DNA from: Amoebidium appalachense
Lineage: Eukaryota > Protista > Ichthyosporea
Assembly (NCBI GenBank): GCA_963693365.1
Contig: CAVNZM010000015.1
Location: forward strand, 5,339,502 to 5,403,501
Direction: 5' to 3'
DNA length: 64,000 nucleotides
Both the position numbers and the translations under genes were made by a program. The notes beneath the pieces are model-generated. The model was not told where the DNA came from and did no database searches. It saw only the letters and a list, made by a program, of their open reading frames with translations. Positions 1 to 25,633 of this stretch are shown in pieces (positions within the stretch are counted from its first letter, which is position 1; each line of letters starts with the position of its first letter).

Positions 1-2132
1 AGTGCACCCATAGGCCAATTCCTCACTCACAAGGCAGGAATCAAGTGTGCCAAGACCAGTGCCGCCAAACTGGGGAAAAAAAGGAGGGGGGAAAGGTTAG
101 AATATGTTTCAGAAGAGAGGTGGAGGGGAGAAGAGGAGAGTAGAATGTGTTACAGGGGAGAGAGGAGGGGTGGGAAGTTGGGGGGTTTAGAAAGTGTTAC
201 ATAATACGGCGAACACGTTAAACGGCGGATAACACATTGCACACACAAGGAATATGCATCATAAGCAAAGCCTACCTCTGCGGGGGGCCTAAGGAGAAGA
301 GGGGCGGGGAGGAGGGAGAAGGAACACATTAGAAGTGGGTCCAAGACACTTAATTATTCAAAGAGGTGAGACGAGTGGGGAGGGGAATGACATATCGATG
401 GAGGAGAAGAAGGGAATATGGGGGGGAAGGGGGGCAAGGGTGGTGGTGCTCGTGGTGGAGAGAGAGGGGGGGGGGGGGGGGGGGGATGGGGGGCGGGGGG
501 GAGAGAGAGAGGGAGGGAGAGAGGAAAGGGAGTAAATGAGGCAAATGTATTGATTAAGGAGATTCAGGGGATGGATTTTAGTTAAAAATTGGGGGTGTGC
601 AACGGATCGAGATCGACCAAATTCCATAATTGATCCAGTCGATCAATTGATGCCGAACTGTCCGAAAGTTAAAGTTGCACAATAAACCCCGCTTAGATCC
701 TTGACGATTGACCGCATAAACGTTGGGAGAAAATGAAAACTCACTTATAAAGTGGGGGGTAATTGCCTAATAAGATTTTTGTTCGGGGGAGTGGTAGGCC
801 TCGGTTGAGGTGCCCATCTTTTGCCTAGCATAAGCAATTATGGAGAGGGTAGAAAAGACCCTACGAGGGGCTGGCAATGAAACTCTGTTATGTAATTGCC
901 CCCCCACTTTATTAGTAGGATTTTATTTTCAGGGCAAATCTATGTGGTCATTCTCTCTGGATCTAGCGTCGAAACTAAGACAGCTTAAAATCAAAAGCCC
1001 CGAAAGTAACTATTTCATCCGGCTCACAGACTGGAATTTGATCGATTCCGATCGATTGGATCCCCCGATCACATTGCCGGCAAACCATCCCCTGAGTCTC
1101 CTTAAAAAGGAGGGGTTCCTTTTTGGTTTAATGGCGGCAGTGGTGGTGGTGGGGGAGGGGGGGAAGGGGGTTTCAAACTAAAAGACAAAAGAATAAACCC
1201 AGGACTCACCTCAGGGGGAATGTGCGTGTTGATGAGACCAAGCTCCCAGCCTGTGGGTGAAAGGGGTTGCAAGGTTAGAACTGAAAGCGCACCCCTTTGG
1301 AAAGCTGGCAGTATGGAAAACAACCTTTTATTATGATGTTTGCAGCTTTTGGTGTTTGGCCAAACATGCATCACCTGAAGTCTGTGTAGTGAAAGATCTC
1401 GGGACAAGGGTCACGGCAACAAGAGCATGTTGAGCACACGGCAGGGAAAGCAGGTGTTCGAGCAGGTGTGTGTCTGCACGTGCACACATATGCATCATAG
1501 CAGGTGATAGGTGTACAAATGAAGGCGAGAGGGTGGGGTGGGGGGGGGGGGGTGGGGGAAGGGGGGGGGGGGGGGGGGGGGGGGGGAAGGCTCTATTAAC
1601 CCCGGCGGGATCGAAGTCGAAATCGCTCAGCTGCCAGAAATAAGACAGAGCTAACCAGAAGTTAAGCTGATGAAAGGGGGTGTGTCTTTATGAGGCGGCG
1701 CGAGGACGGGGGGGAAGGGGGGGGTTTGGGGGGGGGGGGGGGGGGGTTGGGGGGGGGGGGGGGGGGTGGAGGCTGAAGGAAGCACCTACCCTTTTTGATA
1801 ATCTCCCACGGATACTCCATGCTCTTGTCATACTTGGCAGCATTTGGAATCATGTGTTCAGCGGCAAACTTCCTTGCCGTCTCCTTCAATTCTTGGGCCT
1901 CGGGGGAGATGGCAAAGTTGAGCCCAGCAATGCTCCCGTGGATGTCCTCGGAGGACGGCGCGCCGGTGGAGAAAAGCCGCTGTGCGGCAACAGAAAGGGC
2001 GGCATTCTGGGTATGCCGTGTTGGGGTTAGTGGGTGCGTATGTATGTGTGTGTCTGCTCATTGGAGTGTAAAATAGCAGCATGTACTTAGAAGGTAACGC
2101 GGGCGGGCTGCCCCCCCCTCCCCCCCCCACCC

Positions 2133-2167
<35 letters not shown>

Positions 2168-2375
2168 CTCCCCCCTCTTTCACACACACAGACCCACACA
2201 GACGCACAACAACCAGCCCAGACTGGACTCGAATACAACCACGTTATTCTTCACACACCTTCAATGCACTACAGTACTCAAGGGAAGAAAAAACAGCCAT
2301 CTACCACAAGGGGAAAGGCAGACACACCTGGCTAACAGCGGCTTGACCCGCACGGCGACCTATGACGGACAGCAT
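1..2375 (-). CDS. ACADM: Medium-chain acyl-CoA dehydrogenase, mitochondrial; 5' part only (exons 2375-2328, 2006-1790, 1250-1210, 69-1; continues beyond the window)
   Basis: The spliced translation [16 protein letters not shown]|[14 protein letters not shown]...[34 protein letters not shown]|[14 protein letters not shown]|[23 protein letters not shown] matches the MCAD N-terminal domain. All junctions are GT-AG and in phase, and the N-terminus is Arg/Ala/Ser-rich like a mitochondrial presequence. Confidence 0.93.
558..1101. mobile_element. Non-autonomous DNA transposon (MITE), Kolobok-like, in ACADM intron 3
   Basis: TTAA on both sides (554-557, 1102-1105). TIRs are GGAGATTCAGGGGATGG / CCATCCCCTGAGTCTCC (16/17 match), with a second subterminal inverted pair at ~601-625 / ~1032-1056. 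TTAA with RR...YY termini fits Kolobok rather than piggyBac (CC...GG). Confidence 0.8.
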
Positions 2376-4204
2376 CTTCCCTTATGCTCACTTGAAGAAC
2401 AAAAACTTATTGAGTGTCAATTTGGTAGATTTATAAAGTTTACACAATGCAGAAATGAACAAACTGAAAACATGCGAGTGTCTTTTGAAGGAAAGGAAAA
2501 CTTGGTTGGCTCACGCGCTGACGACCAATAGACACAGTGAATAAAATGCTAGTTAAGTCAATGCATGATTTATAACTAACCATATGTTTGCAGCTAAATT
2601 ACAAACCAAACAATCAACACCCCTTTGCGGCCTGCATCATATATGCACCTATTTGTATACGCCGGTTTTTTGTGGAATTTATTTTTTGGTTAAAAGTTTA
2701 ACTATTGCTCTAGTACCTAGAATGCAGTTGAAATCTAATATTAGGCTCATTCTGTACATAGGGTCGTGATAGAAAGAGGAGAGAAACCTGAAAAGTCCCT
2801 CAACCAATTGTAGAACAGAGGTAAGAGCCATATACCACCGCCAGGTTGCTAACACCAGTGCCTACAATCTTGTTGTTATGACATATCGTGGTAAGAAAAC
2901 AATTAGAAATAAATATGCTTATAGGCACTGAATAATAAAAAATAATTATTTATATACTTTTTCATTGTCATTATTTGGCAGAACTGCATCATCTTTATAA
3001 TTTGCGGGACGCCGAAAGACTGCTGTTTCACTTGTGGATGTTGATTGGTCTAATTGGCACCGTTACGTAAGGCAGTTTTCGAACGGAACGCACCACCTTC
3101 AAATCGTGTGGTCATACATACATAATTCCCGCCTCAATGTTGTGTCGCCAAAAAAAAAAAAAAAGGAACATGTATACCATATGGCAATAATATTTAATTA
3201 TTAATACAAACAGAGAGAATTTCAAAGTATATGATTTTTTTTTATGTTTAAAGACGTGTTCTCTATGTCACAGGTGCCTGTCTGTTTTTGAGCTGTTTAT
3301 GTGAGAGAGAGTAGACGTTGGTTTCAAAGACCAGCCTGATTCGAATCAAGTGCTCAATTGGCGTTGCACACAACACGACCATTAACAGACTACACCTCAC
3401 CGCAACAAGGACATATAAAAGGCACAGATGCAAACACACAAAACGGGGAGTATCAACACACGCAACCCCAAACACATGTTCAAGCACGAGTGCTGCACGC
3501 GCTTCACACATATAGCCAACCCTTGATGAGCGTAAAGGCATACACTTTCTCACGATGAATAAGGCACGCACAAATGACGGGGGCAGCACCAGTGGAGGGG
3601 GTAGCATTAGTGTGGGCACAGATACCTCTACTTTGGGTCTTTTGCCTTCTCCAACTTCCGCTCGCAGTCCAAATGCATCCAATATCGATCAGAGCGAAGG
3701 TGTGTACGTGCACATGTATGTGTGCACGTGCAGATTGATGGAGTGTGCGGGTGTGCACACGCGCTATATGTGGGCGGGCATCTTCCTGAGTGCTCGGGTG
3801 CCCGTGTGCTGTGTGCATACCTGACGTATCCATCATTTTACAAATGTCATGTTTCTTATTGAATGGGTCGTGTCTACTAATTGGCTTTGAAAGATGGGCT
3901 TAGATCTGAGGAACTTGGGATCTACTTTGTGGTATGCAGCCAGCATGCGCAGGGGTTGCCGTGTGCCTGTGCGTCAATGCACCTTCTAAACCTATTGCCA
4001 TACCTGACACTTGTTAGATCTAAACTCTCGCGCAGCAGAAGATCCAATTAGCAGCCGTCTTCATGTGTCAAGCTAACTAAACACACAAATTTGGCTTGGG
4101 TCTGTTTATGTCTGCTTGCTTTCGCCTATAAAATACCCACTCTTGCAAGATTGATGAAGGACTCTGGTTCTGAGTAGTTTATTGGGGGAAAGGCAAGCAA
4201 CAAA

Positions 4205-14414
<10,210 letters not shown>

Positions 14415-14575
14415 TGGAGGTAGATGGGGGGATAATGGTAGGGTGAATGGTGGCGGTGTGTGAATACGTAGGGGATTGGGTATGTGTATGTGTGTTTGTT
14501 AAGGTCTTTTAAGGAGAAACGGTGTGCTTGCTTGTACCGTGATACCCACACACACATAAAAACGAGAGAGAGAGA

Positions 14576-14611
<36 letters not shown>

Positions 14612-14744
14612 GTGCATGCACACGTACACACACGTCCACGATCGCAGATGTATGCATGTCTTTCTAATATGAATGTGTGAGTGTGTGTGCGTGCGTGCTT
14701 GTGTGTGTGTGCCTGTGTGTTTGTGTCTGTGTCTGTGTGTATGT

Positions 14745-14855
<111 letters not shown>

Positions 14856-15247
14856 GGGTGGTGAGGGAGGATGGGGGGGGTCCGTTCCCTCGGAAAGTTG
14901 CTAATGGTCGGCACATATGTCAGATCACAGTATTTAGATATAATCAATATTCCTTCCTTTTTTTAAAATTTTATAAGAACTTTTTTATATATATATGTAT
15001 TTCACACACATGCTATATATGTAAAGTATTTTTTGGGGGTCTGGCGTACCTTAATGGTTAGCTACTCGACTTTTCTTTCAATGCAGTATGCCGTAGTGTT
15101 TTTTTTTTTTTTTTTTTTTTTTCCTTTTTTTTATAATCAAACTAAATTATTGGCATTTTGGCACAGGGTGTAAAATGGGACTGGTAAATGTAATATAGGT
15201 GTGCCGGACACACCGAACTAAAAACGCTCGGAACTTCGACTTTTCGG

Positions 15248-15281
<34 letters not shown>

Positions 15282-16193
15282 TGGCGTAGGTAACCTGTGC
15301 TCAATTGCCAACACAATACAAGTTCCTTGTGTCTATCTCTATATCTACATAATCTTTTTTTGGTTAAACCTCAGATTTCGACCTTCATACACAAATTGTG
15401 CCCCTTCAGAAGCTAAGAGCCAAACTGTGTGTGTGACTTATGTGTGTCAATGCATCAGTGGCTCTGTGTGGCTTCAGCCAATAGCAAACACTCTATAAGT
15501 TTTAATGGGATGGCCCCAGACCCCCCGTTCTTTAAGCCTGGTAAATGCCTACTAGACTAATTCAGTGTCGTTAAAGAGGCCTTCGTCCCATCCAGTGGAA
15601 CACGGTGTGCTACTTTGTCCCATCCAGTGGAACACGGTGTGCTACTGTGGAACACGTTCTGACAGTCTCAAGCCGTATACCAATATGCTATTCAGGACAG
15701 GGTTAAAACGTTTAAACGGATCGTAAGGGCACAAAACCCAACATTTAATTTATCCTGCACAGAGAGAATAAAACGGGTGTATATATAAATTCATAAAACA
15801 GTAACCGAAATTACGTAGTATACGTATGAGAAATTTCGAGAACACCACATAAGCCTTCATAAAGAGCATACATAAAAGCCATACATGTTGGTACAGGACA
15901 CAAATAACCAAAAGGCTGCGGCAAAATGGCTACTGTTGCTCCGAAAATTTGTTACTAGTACCTGTACAGATGGGAGAACCCTATTCGGACGAATACTTTA
16001 ATATCACAAAGGCAGAATGGACATTCAACAGCTTTATAAAACAATGTAACTTTTATCTACCCACCTGCCTCTTAGCCAACCCCCCCCCCCCCCGTCCCCC
16101 CCAAAAAAGCCCCCGCAAACCCCTCTCACCTCCGCTCCCTCCCTCGTGCTTCCTTCTTCCCCTCTTCCTCAAACCCACATACGCGCGCACGCG

Positions 16194-16241
<48 letters not shown>

Positions 16242-16291
16242 CCCCCCCCCCCCCCCCCCCCCACACACACACACCTCCCCCCCCTCCCTCC

Positions 16292-16322
<31 letters not shown>

Positions 16323-16349
16323 ACAGTTTCACACCCACCCTCCCACCCC

Positions 16350-16563
16350 TCACAACATATATCTCTCTATTGTCTGAGCCAGCCCATCCTCCGTATTACT
16401 AGGGACTATGACGTCAGCACTATTTTTAGCCAACACACTGCCATTGCCCATAGCACACCCACAGCCCACCTCCTTCAACATCTCACAGTCATTGTCGCCG
16501 TCACCAAATGCAATGGCACGGGATATGTCCACACCCATCATGGTGCACACCTGCACACACACG

Positions 16564-16597
<34 letters not shown>

Positions 16598-16896
16598 GTG
16601 TGTGTACGCGCGTGTTTGTGTGTGTGCGTGTGTGTGTGTGTGTGTGTGTACGTGTGTGTGTGTGTGTGTACGTGTGTGTGTGTGTACGGTGTGTGTGTGT
16701 GTGTGTGTGTGTACGTGTGTGTGTGTGTGTGTGTGTGTGTACGTGTGGGTGTACGTGTGTGAACGTGTGAGTGTGTGGATGGGGAGTGGGGGGGTTGGGG
16801 GAGGAGGACGGGAGGAGGGGGGAGGGGGAGTGGGGGAAGGGGAGGAGGGGGCAGGGGAGGAGGGGGGACGGGGGAGGATGTTTTTTTTTTCTTTCT

Positions 16897-16927
<31 letters not shown>

Positions 16928-17671
16928 GGGTGATGTATGCGTTAGAGGGTTGGAAATATGGAGGAGACAACAAAGATCAACAACAAAGCATCACACGAAA
17001 TCCAAAATCAAACAATTTAAGCATGCAGGCAGAAGACACTTGAACAGAGCCCATCATCAGGGGGGTTCCTATGCCTCCACAAAAGCATGGGTTTCGACTC
17101 TTTAACCTCTCGCGCGTGGTTCCCAACCCATACTTTGTTTCAACAGCAATAGGCGAGTCCACCCGTCTTGGCCAAAGACGAGCAGGGTTGTTCAAGGAGC
17201 AGCAATCTAAGAACGCAGAGTCTACAAAATCTGCAAGCAGACAAAAAAAAAAAAACAGAAAAAAAAAAGAAAGCAAGCAGAGAGATAGAGCATAAGCCGG
17301 GCTTCTACAAAGCTCCCCGACTCCCTAACCTATAGAGAAGGGGGAGGGAGGGGAGGGGGGCAGGGGAGAGAGGGAGGGGAGGGGGAGAGAGGGGGGGAAG
17401 GGGGCGGGGGGAGGGGGAAGAGGGGGAGGGGGGGGGGGGGGAGGGTGGGGGGGGGGGGGGACATGGAGACAGAGAAAACAGGGGGGGATATTGACCTGGC
17501 AACTATTGCTTTATTAGAGGGTTACCCCACGTAACAAACCAATAGGTTTAACCCATGCCACTGGGGGGCAGTGCACCTGACCGGGTGGAACTTTAACGTG
17601 TTCGGGGGGAGGGGGGGAGGGGGGGGGGGGGGGGGGGGGGGGGAGGAGTATGGATGTGAGTGAGCGTGTGG

Positions 17672-17745
<74 letters not shown>

Positions 17746-18190
17746 TTGTGTGGGTGTGGGTGTATGGCCGCCTGTGCGCGTGCCCATGGATGTGTGCGTG
17801 CATGCGTTGTGGTTGGCTATGTGTGTGTGTGTGTGCTTGCGTGTCCTGTAGATGTGTGTATACACTGTGTTTGTGTGCATGCATAAGCGTGTGTGGCGGG
17901 GGGCAGGGGGGAGGGGGGGGGGGGGTGCACGGGGAGGGAATTAAGATTTGTTACAGAGTAGAGTGTATACATTTACGAAGGACGTGAGGAAGGGGTAGGA
18001 GGGGGGGGGGGGGGGGGGGGGGGGGGAGAGAGGGATCGGATGTCAGACGGTCACAACTCAAAAAACAGCGCAAACATCTTTTTTACACATGGTGACAGTT
18101 CAAACACCAACAAGGCTAAGTGCATGCATCAGGCACCAAGGACAGAGGAGATTTTTATTTTATTTCATTGTATTTCATTTTATTCATTGG

Positions 18191-18262
<72 letters not shown>

Positions 18263-18756
18263 ACACATACCCTTTTCAAGGCAACTGCCTTTGACGCCCC
18301 GGAGGGCATGAGTTCGAGCATGTATGGAATGGCAACGGTGAACGCGGCAACATTCGGGTCAATGACCCGATTGAGGTTGGCCCGAATCGATGGGATGTCC
18401 TCCACTGCAGCCATGACAATCATCTTGTTGACTCCCCATTGGCCTTCCTGCAGCTCACGGTCCAAGTCAGGCCGGATGATGGCTGCCGATTCCTGTGACC
18501 CGATTTGAATTAGATGGGGAAGAGGTGATGGTGGTTGTGATGGCAAGACGTGGGTGGTGGGTCGGGGAGAGAGGGGAGGCCGGGTGGATTTTTTTTTTTT
18601 TTTTTGGGGGGGGGGGGGGGGAGGGGGGGGGGGGGGGGGGGGGTTGAATACAATACACTACGTCAATTCTTCATGTATAATTGCTTACTGCAATGCACAC
18701 AAACAGAGCCCAATCTCTGGGTGAGTGGTGGGTCGGTGGGAAGGGGAGGGGAGGGG

Positions 18757-18791
<35 letters not shown>

Positions 18792-18904
18792 AGGTGGATA
18801 GTGGGAAGGGATTGATGAGGATCCTGAAAGACACACGAATGTGGGTGAGAGGGTTGTGTGCCTCGTGTGGTTCCAAAAACACTCCGGGGCATTTAGGCAG
18901 GGGG

Positions 18905-18945
<41 letters not shown>

Positions 18946-20483
18946 GAGGGGGGAGAGGGGGGAGGGGGGGGGAGGGGGGGGGGGGGGTTTCACGCTAGAG
19001 TGGCAATTGGCTTTGGTGTAATGGTCCCCATACGCTCTAGTTTGTTTGTGTGGTTTACAATGTGCGTGTGTATGAGCACGTGTACATGCTTGTGTGGGTA
19101 AGTGTGTGTGTATGTGTGTGTACGAAAGTGAATATGCATGTGTGTGTGCACGTGCATATTTGTGTGTGTGCACGTGTATGTGCTTAAGGGGGAACACCAG
19201 CACATACATGGAACTTTGGTAACACCTCGGTAATCGCATTCACCTCCCTTGCCACCACCTTATCCCCGCAGTAGAAACAACATGCAATGTTCTGTGCCCA
19301 ACACTCCCGAGCCACCGCCAGCGCCGTAGCGATGTCTAATCTCCAATCCTGCAACACATTTCCCTTCCCATCATACACCATCAGCCCATTGATGTTGATG
19401 GTGAAGTCATGTTCGTCCATTTCTAAACTGTCCAACATCGTTTCGAGAGAGCCTCGCATCTTGCCGGTGGCAAAGACGATTGGAACCTTTTTTTCGTTGC
19501 GCAGGTGGTAGAGTGCTTGGAAGGTGCGATCTGTTAGCTGGTGGTCTGGGGGGGGGGAGAAGGGTTAGAAAGGTAGCAATAATATGTGGGTTTGGGGGGG
19601 GGGGGGGGGGGGGGGAAGGGTTGAAGGTTAAAATTTTTCATGCCGGACAAAAATTAGGGAGGGGGGGTAAGGGGGGGACGGGATGCGCATTTGTAATGCT
19701 ACAAAGATAAACACAGAATAAAAGGGAAGGTGTGAACGTATAGGGGGGGAAGATGGAGACTGAGGAGTGCACAGAGGGGAGCAGGGGAGGGGGTCTTTAG
19801 GGATGATCGAGGAGTGAGCCTATGTTTTGGTTGTCGTGTGGGTGTGGGTGTGTGGGTGGGTGTGTGGGGGTGTGGGTGTATGTATGTGTGCATGTGCATG
19901 TGTGTATGTGTGCGTGTGTGTGCGTGTGTGTGCTTGTGTGTTTAAGCGTGCATGTGCGTTCATGCGTGCATGCGTGCATGCATGTGTATGCGCGTGCATG
20001 TGTGCATGTGTGTGTGTGCGCGCGCTACGGCAGGTGGTGCTGGAGAGGAAGATAAAATTGGGACTAGAAGCAGAAGGGGAAGAAGAAGTTGACACACCTG
20101 CGTACAGAAACAAAATGGTGGGCGTAAACAGATTCGGCAGATCCGTACAGCTTACACAACACGCTTGTGCCAACAAGCTCACACAAATGAGCACCCATGC
20201 ACGACTCTGACCCAGTGGTGAGCACCCACAAACACACATACAAACACAGCCACTCACCACTCCGACACCTCATCACGTGCGCAACCACACATTCACTCAC
20301 TCCAATATAGATACCCCAGCACACAATACACAACACAAAACCACACACATCCCCCATCCCACCTGGCGTCAGCACTGTCCCATCCACGTCTGTTGCCAGC
20401 AACTGTGCGGGCCCTTGCGCAAAAAACTCCTCCAGTCTAGACACGGCGTCGGTGCCAAAAGCAGCCTTCTCGTTGGGTGCCAT
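16350..20483 (-). CDS. Cof-like HAD-superfamily hydrolase (subfamily IIB), ~293 aa; exons 20483-20363, 19545-19208, 18492-18271, 16550-16350
   Basis: Motif I LLATDVDGT, motif II FATGK, ININGLMVYD, motif III LELMPSGASKAVAL, and motif IV IAFGDGDNDCEML...AMGNG. Junctions are GT-AG and in phase. Confidence 0.93.
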
Positions 20484-21090
20484 GTTTGTGTGGATATGCT
20501 AAATAACGTCTATAATAGGGATTTGGTACGTTATGTTCTAGGTCACACTCAAATTTAAAGGGGGTGTGTGAGAGAGAGAGTTAGTTTGCTTGTGTGCGCG
20601 TTCGCTGGAGTAAATCTCGCTCTCAGGTTTCCCTCTTAAACATGATTATCTCTTACAACAAGTTTCGATTGTCGTTTTCGCCTTGCAAGGATTGTTCCAT
20701 TGAGAAAAACTGCCTTGAAGTTTTGTTTCCGCGTGGACGACGGCGTCACGGCGAATTGTGCTCTTTGTGCTTCATTTATATAGTAGCCGAAGTGTAGTTG
20801 GTGCGTTTCTATTGGCTGACTGTGTTAGCAATCTACCAATCAGAGTGCTTTAAAAGCAACGCTTTTGGGATTGTTAACCATGATGCTAGCCATTTCTTGG
20901 TTCTGCGTGCACGGGGCACGCTGATGGGCCTGAAGCCTTCGGCACACACACACATACGACACACACAAATGCCTGTACCATACGAAACCTACAACATGTA
21001 TACATGCACATAGCACACGTATGTACGCGCACCCGGCGCACGCAAGCAAGTGATCAGGCTGCATGCTGTCACGCGCTCCGCGGCTACATG

Positions 21091-21244
21091 TAGTCTCCAG
21101 GCTATGTACCCACTGGCTTACGTAAGTGGCCGGGCACTACTATGTACGCCTGCGACAACATCACAAAAAAAAAGAAAAAAAAAAAGAAGAAAGAAAAAAA
21201 AGAAAAAAAAAAGGCCGCAGGGAAGACAGCACTCAGAGTGACTA
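21091..21244. mobile_element. Short dispersed element, copy 1 (TAGTC...GACTA termini)
   Basis: Shares both ends (tagtctcca...ccactggcttacgtaagtggccgggcactac and gcagggaagacagcactcagagtgacta) with 34924-35033; the A-rich middle varies. Confidence 0.7.
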
Positions 21245-21709
21245 TGTACATACCGCCGCTCAACATCAAGCGCTGACACCAGCACTGCCGAGGATCTAGA
21301 TCTACAAAAGATCTCATGGGCCAATTAGATGATAACCCAGAGTACTGTAGATCTTGTAGATCCGGTATGGACCACTTTGGATCTACTATTCAAAAATCGA
21401 TCAATTTTTTGCTTCGCTCCAACACCCAAGGTTGGCCGCCATAGGGCCGTCGTTTGTCGGGCTGCCTGGCAGCGGCTCCAGCTGCCCGACGTAGAAGCTA
21501 CTTCTGGCCAAGACAAACCCCTTTACGTAACAATATTTGCTTTTTCCTCAAAATGCTACACAGATGCTTTTTATTATAAATGATAATTTCTATCGTCTTA
21601 GTTATTTTGGGGTTTGCAGGCTTGTTGCGTTGGGCGTTTTTCTGAGCCATTCGTGATCATGAGGGCATCACACATGCACCGTAGTTAAACATATGCACAA
21701 GTACTACGG

Positions 21710-22063
21710 GTGTTGAACATTTACTGCCTGCATGGTGCGTTTCTGCCAAATACACTCTCTGGGGGTAGAGTAGGCATGGCGTGTGAACATTATACACATG
21801 TACAGCGTGATCATTCAGTCCACCTTTTTGTGGAATGCCCTGTCAGCCATACACATACAGACAACGGGAAGGCGTTTCGGTCGAAAACACATCATGACTG
21901 TTTTCCACACCGTCCAACGCAACCAGCAGACTCTGACAGACACCCTGTTGTTCTTTTTGTGATAAATTACTTGTTGCATATATCATCTCGTCAAGTATCC
22001 CTTGCATCCAAAGGTCACTTGAGTGCAACGTGTTTTGTTGCACAGTGCAGTGTGCAGAGGTAG
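21710..22063 (+). pseudogene. Possible decayed non-LTR retrotransposon ORF2 C-terminus (zf-RVT-like knuckle)
   Basis: YCLHGAFLPN...ACEHY...DHSVHLFVECPVS resembles the LHxxLP...CxxC...HLFxxCP signature, with the second Cys lost. No RT domain is visible. Confidence 0.4.
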
Positions 22064-22450
22064 CACTAGTATCGGTACGAGCCCATGCATGGCCACTATG
22101 TACTGCCACTAACATGAAACAAGTTGAATTAGATGCTTGCTACTTAACTGTATTGTTTTTCTTTCTCTTGCTCACGGATAAAAGAAACGCAAACCCGGCA
22201 GCTCTCTTTCTATTCTAAGTCTTTGTACATCTACCCGTCTGCTCTCTCCCTACACAAGATCTGCGCAGAAGCTGCTAATTATATCTAACGTTACGTTGTC
22301 TTGGGCTAGCACTAACCCGGACCGTGCGTGTTTGCAAACCGCCACTGCACCAAAAGAGGCCCGTTAATATACTGTGCCAGTGTGTCGTTTGTTACACAGG
22401 GTAAGTGTGTGTGTGTATTGCGCATGTGTGTGTACTGTGTGTGACATTAA

Positions 22451-23175
<725 letters not shown>

Positions 23176-23397
23176 TGTATGTCGACGTCAGTGAAGGTGT
23201 ACGTTGTTATGCTCTCACGGTCCTCTTCCTAAGCTTCCCTCCCGGGACCCCCCCCCTCCCCCCCCCCCCCCCTTCTTTCCCTCCCTCGCCAGGGGCACCT
23301 TGTTGCCCCGCCTCTCTTGTAGGTGCCTAGGGAGGGAGGTGGTGGTGGGGGAGGGAGGAAGGGGGAGGAAGGAAGGCATAAGGAACTTCGGAAAGGT

Positions 23398-23434
<37 letters not shown>

Positions 23435-23595
23435 CTGGCGGGCAAAAGTGGGGTTTGGGTGGGGCGGCTGGGGAAGGTGGGGTCGATATGGAGAAGGTAA
23501 CAGATCTGTGTAAGAGGTGTTGAAGTGAGCGAGGTCAAGCTGCCTTGTTTACATGTAATTATTTGTGTGTTTATGTGTGTGTGTGTGTGTCACGG

Positions 23596-23704
<109 letters not shown>

Positions 23705-23713
23705 CTCTCTCGT

Positions 23714-23764
<51 letters not shown>

Positions 23765-25602
23765 GGTGTGTGTGTGTGTCTGTGTGTGTGTGTGTGTGTA
23801 CGACATGTGTGTGTGCGTGTGTGCGTGTGTGTGTGTGTGTTTAAAATTTGTGTGTATTTTTGTTTGTATGTGTGTGTGTGTTTCTTACGGCCCGGTGTTC
23901 TTGCCTAAGTTAGTTGTGTAGAGGGGGGACTAGTACGGGCAGGCCTTCTCATGCAGTCAGGGCTGGGCAGGTGGGTGGTTATGGGCAGTGTATAAGTTGA
24001 GCATGATGGGGGTGGGACAAACTTGAGCCTATGCCTGAACAACCAAGCCATGTTTATTTGGCTTCTTCTGAGTGGTAGCACCAAAACCCCACTGTTTGCA
24101 CCTTCTAGAACGGGCGTACAGTGGGACAAGCTCCGGTAACAGGTTTGAGGTGTAGTGGCTTGTTGTCGATGACACAAAAAAAGTTGCAGTGACCGGGTTA
24201 AAGTGGTCTCTGCATAACCTTTGGCTCTTATAGGTTCTTTTTTCACTCTACTGGGCCACGTCACGGCGTCTTCTAACCATAGTTCCGTGAACCACACACC
24301 ATACCACCACCTCCACAGATCTAGACTCCGGAGGTAGACTGCAGCTCTACTGATGAGCAGGCATGTGCGTGCGGGGCTTTTGATTGTTTAACCAATATTT
24401 TAAACTGTTGTTATTTGTGTCATATACAATTACTCACTACTCTAAAAGTGCGCTTATACTAGCTTAAAGTAGGTTATAACGTTAGATAGAGTCGCTTCAG
24501 TTCTTGTAGGTGTTGTAAGTTTCGCACGGAAAACCATGGCGCCGCGGCTACGCAGTCTGCACACGGGAAGGCCCTATGGCTCCAGAGCCGCATTCCACAG
24601 ATCGGCCTATTATAGATCCAAAGTGGTCCATACAGCCGCAGTGCACACTGGCCGCCGCCGCGGGCACAGTCTCGAAAAAGTGTGTCACTTACAAGTTTTG
24701 ATAGGCACTTAACTTTGCGCATGCCATGTTTCTGTCTCTGTGCCGTATTATATACATGAAGTTTGCTAGCGTGATACTCATTTAACACATGAAAGTATGT
24801 GTGCATCATGCCTGATCACGTGCCCATGAAGAGACTCTAGATCTGAGCCCATGGCCACGCACATCATGTGGGCCGTGGGGTAGGGCACGCACATCACATG
24901 GGCCGTGGATTACGGCCCACGCACACATGATATGTGCATGTGGGCCATGGTCGTCATATATGCATGATCCCGTGTACATGTTGCGCGCACGCAAGCGAGG
25001 TGCCCATTAGTAGGGGTTCTTGATTTTGAAACGGGGAGGGGGGAAGTAGCTAGCTTGGGGGGGGGGGGGGACCCACCCACCCCTTTGGACAGGTGGGGGG
25101 GGGGGGGGGGGGGGGGACCCACCACCCCTCCGGCTAACAGGGGAAGGGGGGGGGGGGGGGGGGGACCCACCACCCACCCTGTGAAGGTGCCCCCCCCCCC
25201 CCCCCCCCCCCCCCCAGGAGGGGGGAGGGGACCCACCCACCCCAAAGGCTGCCATCATATGGCTATCACATAACGTTCCTGATCGTATATAGTACTATGA
25301 TTTATATTTAGCAGCGGTTTACATACATTCCCAAAACGTAAACATTGAGGCTACAGGGTGTTGGAGTGCAGACTTACGCTCACTCCACAATATGTGTATG
25401 TTAGCTTTACAATTGGTTCCGTGTACACAGACACACGCTGACACTCGATCACCACATGCACATCTGCATAGTTGAGGAATGTTGCCAATTGTGTTTTGAC
25501 TGCAAACGATTGGTTCACTGGTCCCAGAGATCTCTAAATGAAAGTAACCAATCCGATTAGCGCCTGGCATCCGGATTACATTCCAGACTGCTGCCCCACG
25601 GG

Positions 25603-25610
25603 TATATAAA
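25603..25610 (+). promoter_or_regulatory. TATA box in the TRIM LTR (equivalent sites in LTR2 and LTR3)
   Basis: TATATAAA about 30 bp upstream of the 13-bp array in every LTR. Confidence 0.6.
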
Positions 25611-25633
25611 CCACGGCTCTGCCAGGTGCAGAA

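Noticed and set aside
18800-19040. Extra exon in the Cof hydrolase
   Set aside because: Exons 2 and 3 join in frame (KFH|ESAAII) and no donor was found for the candidates.
23905-24297. 130-aa ORF with FTELWL, resembling a LINE endonuclease motif
   Set aside because: Only one short motif, with no other APE motifs.
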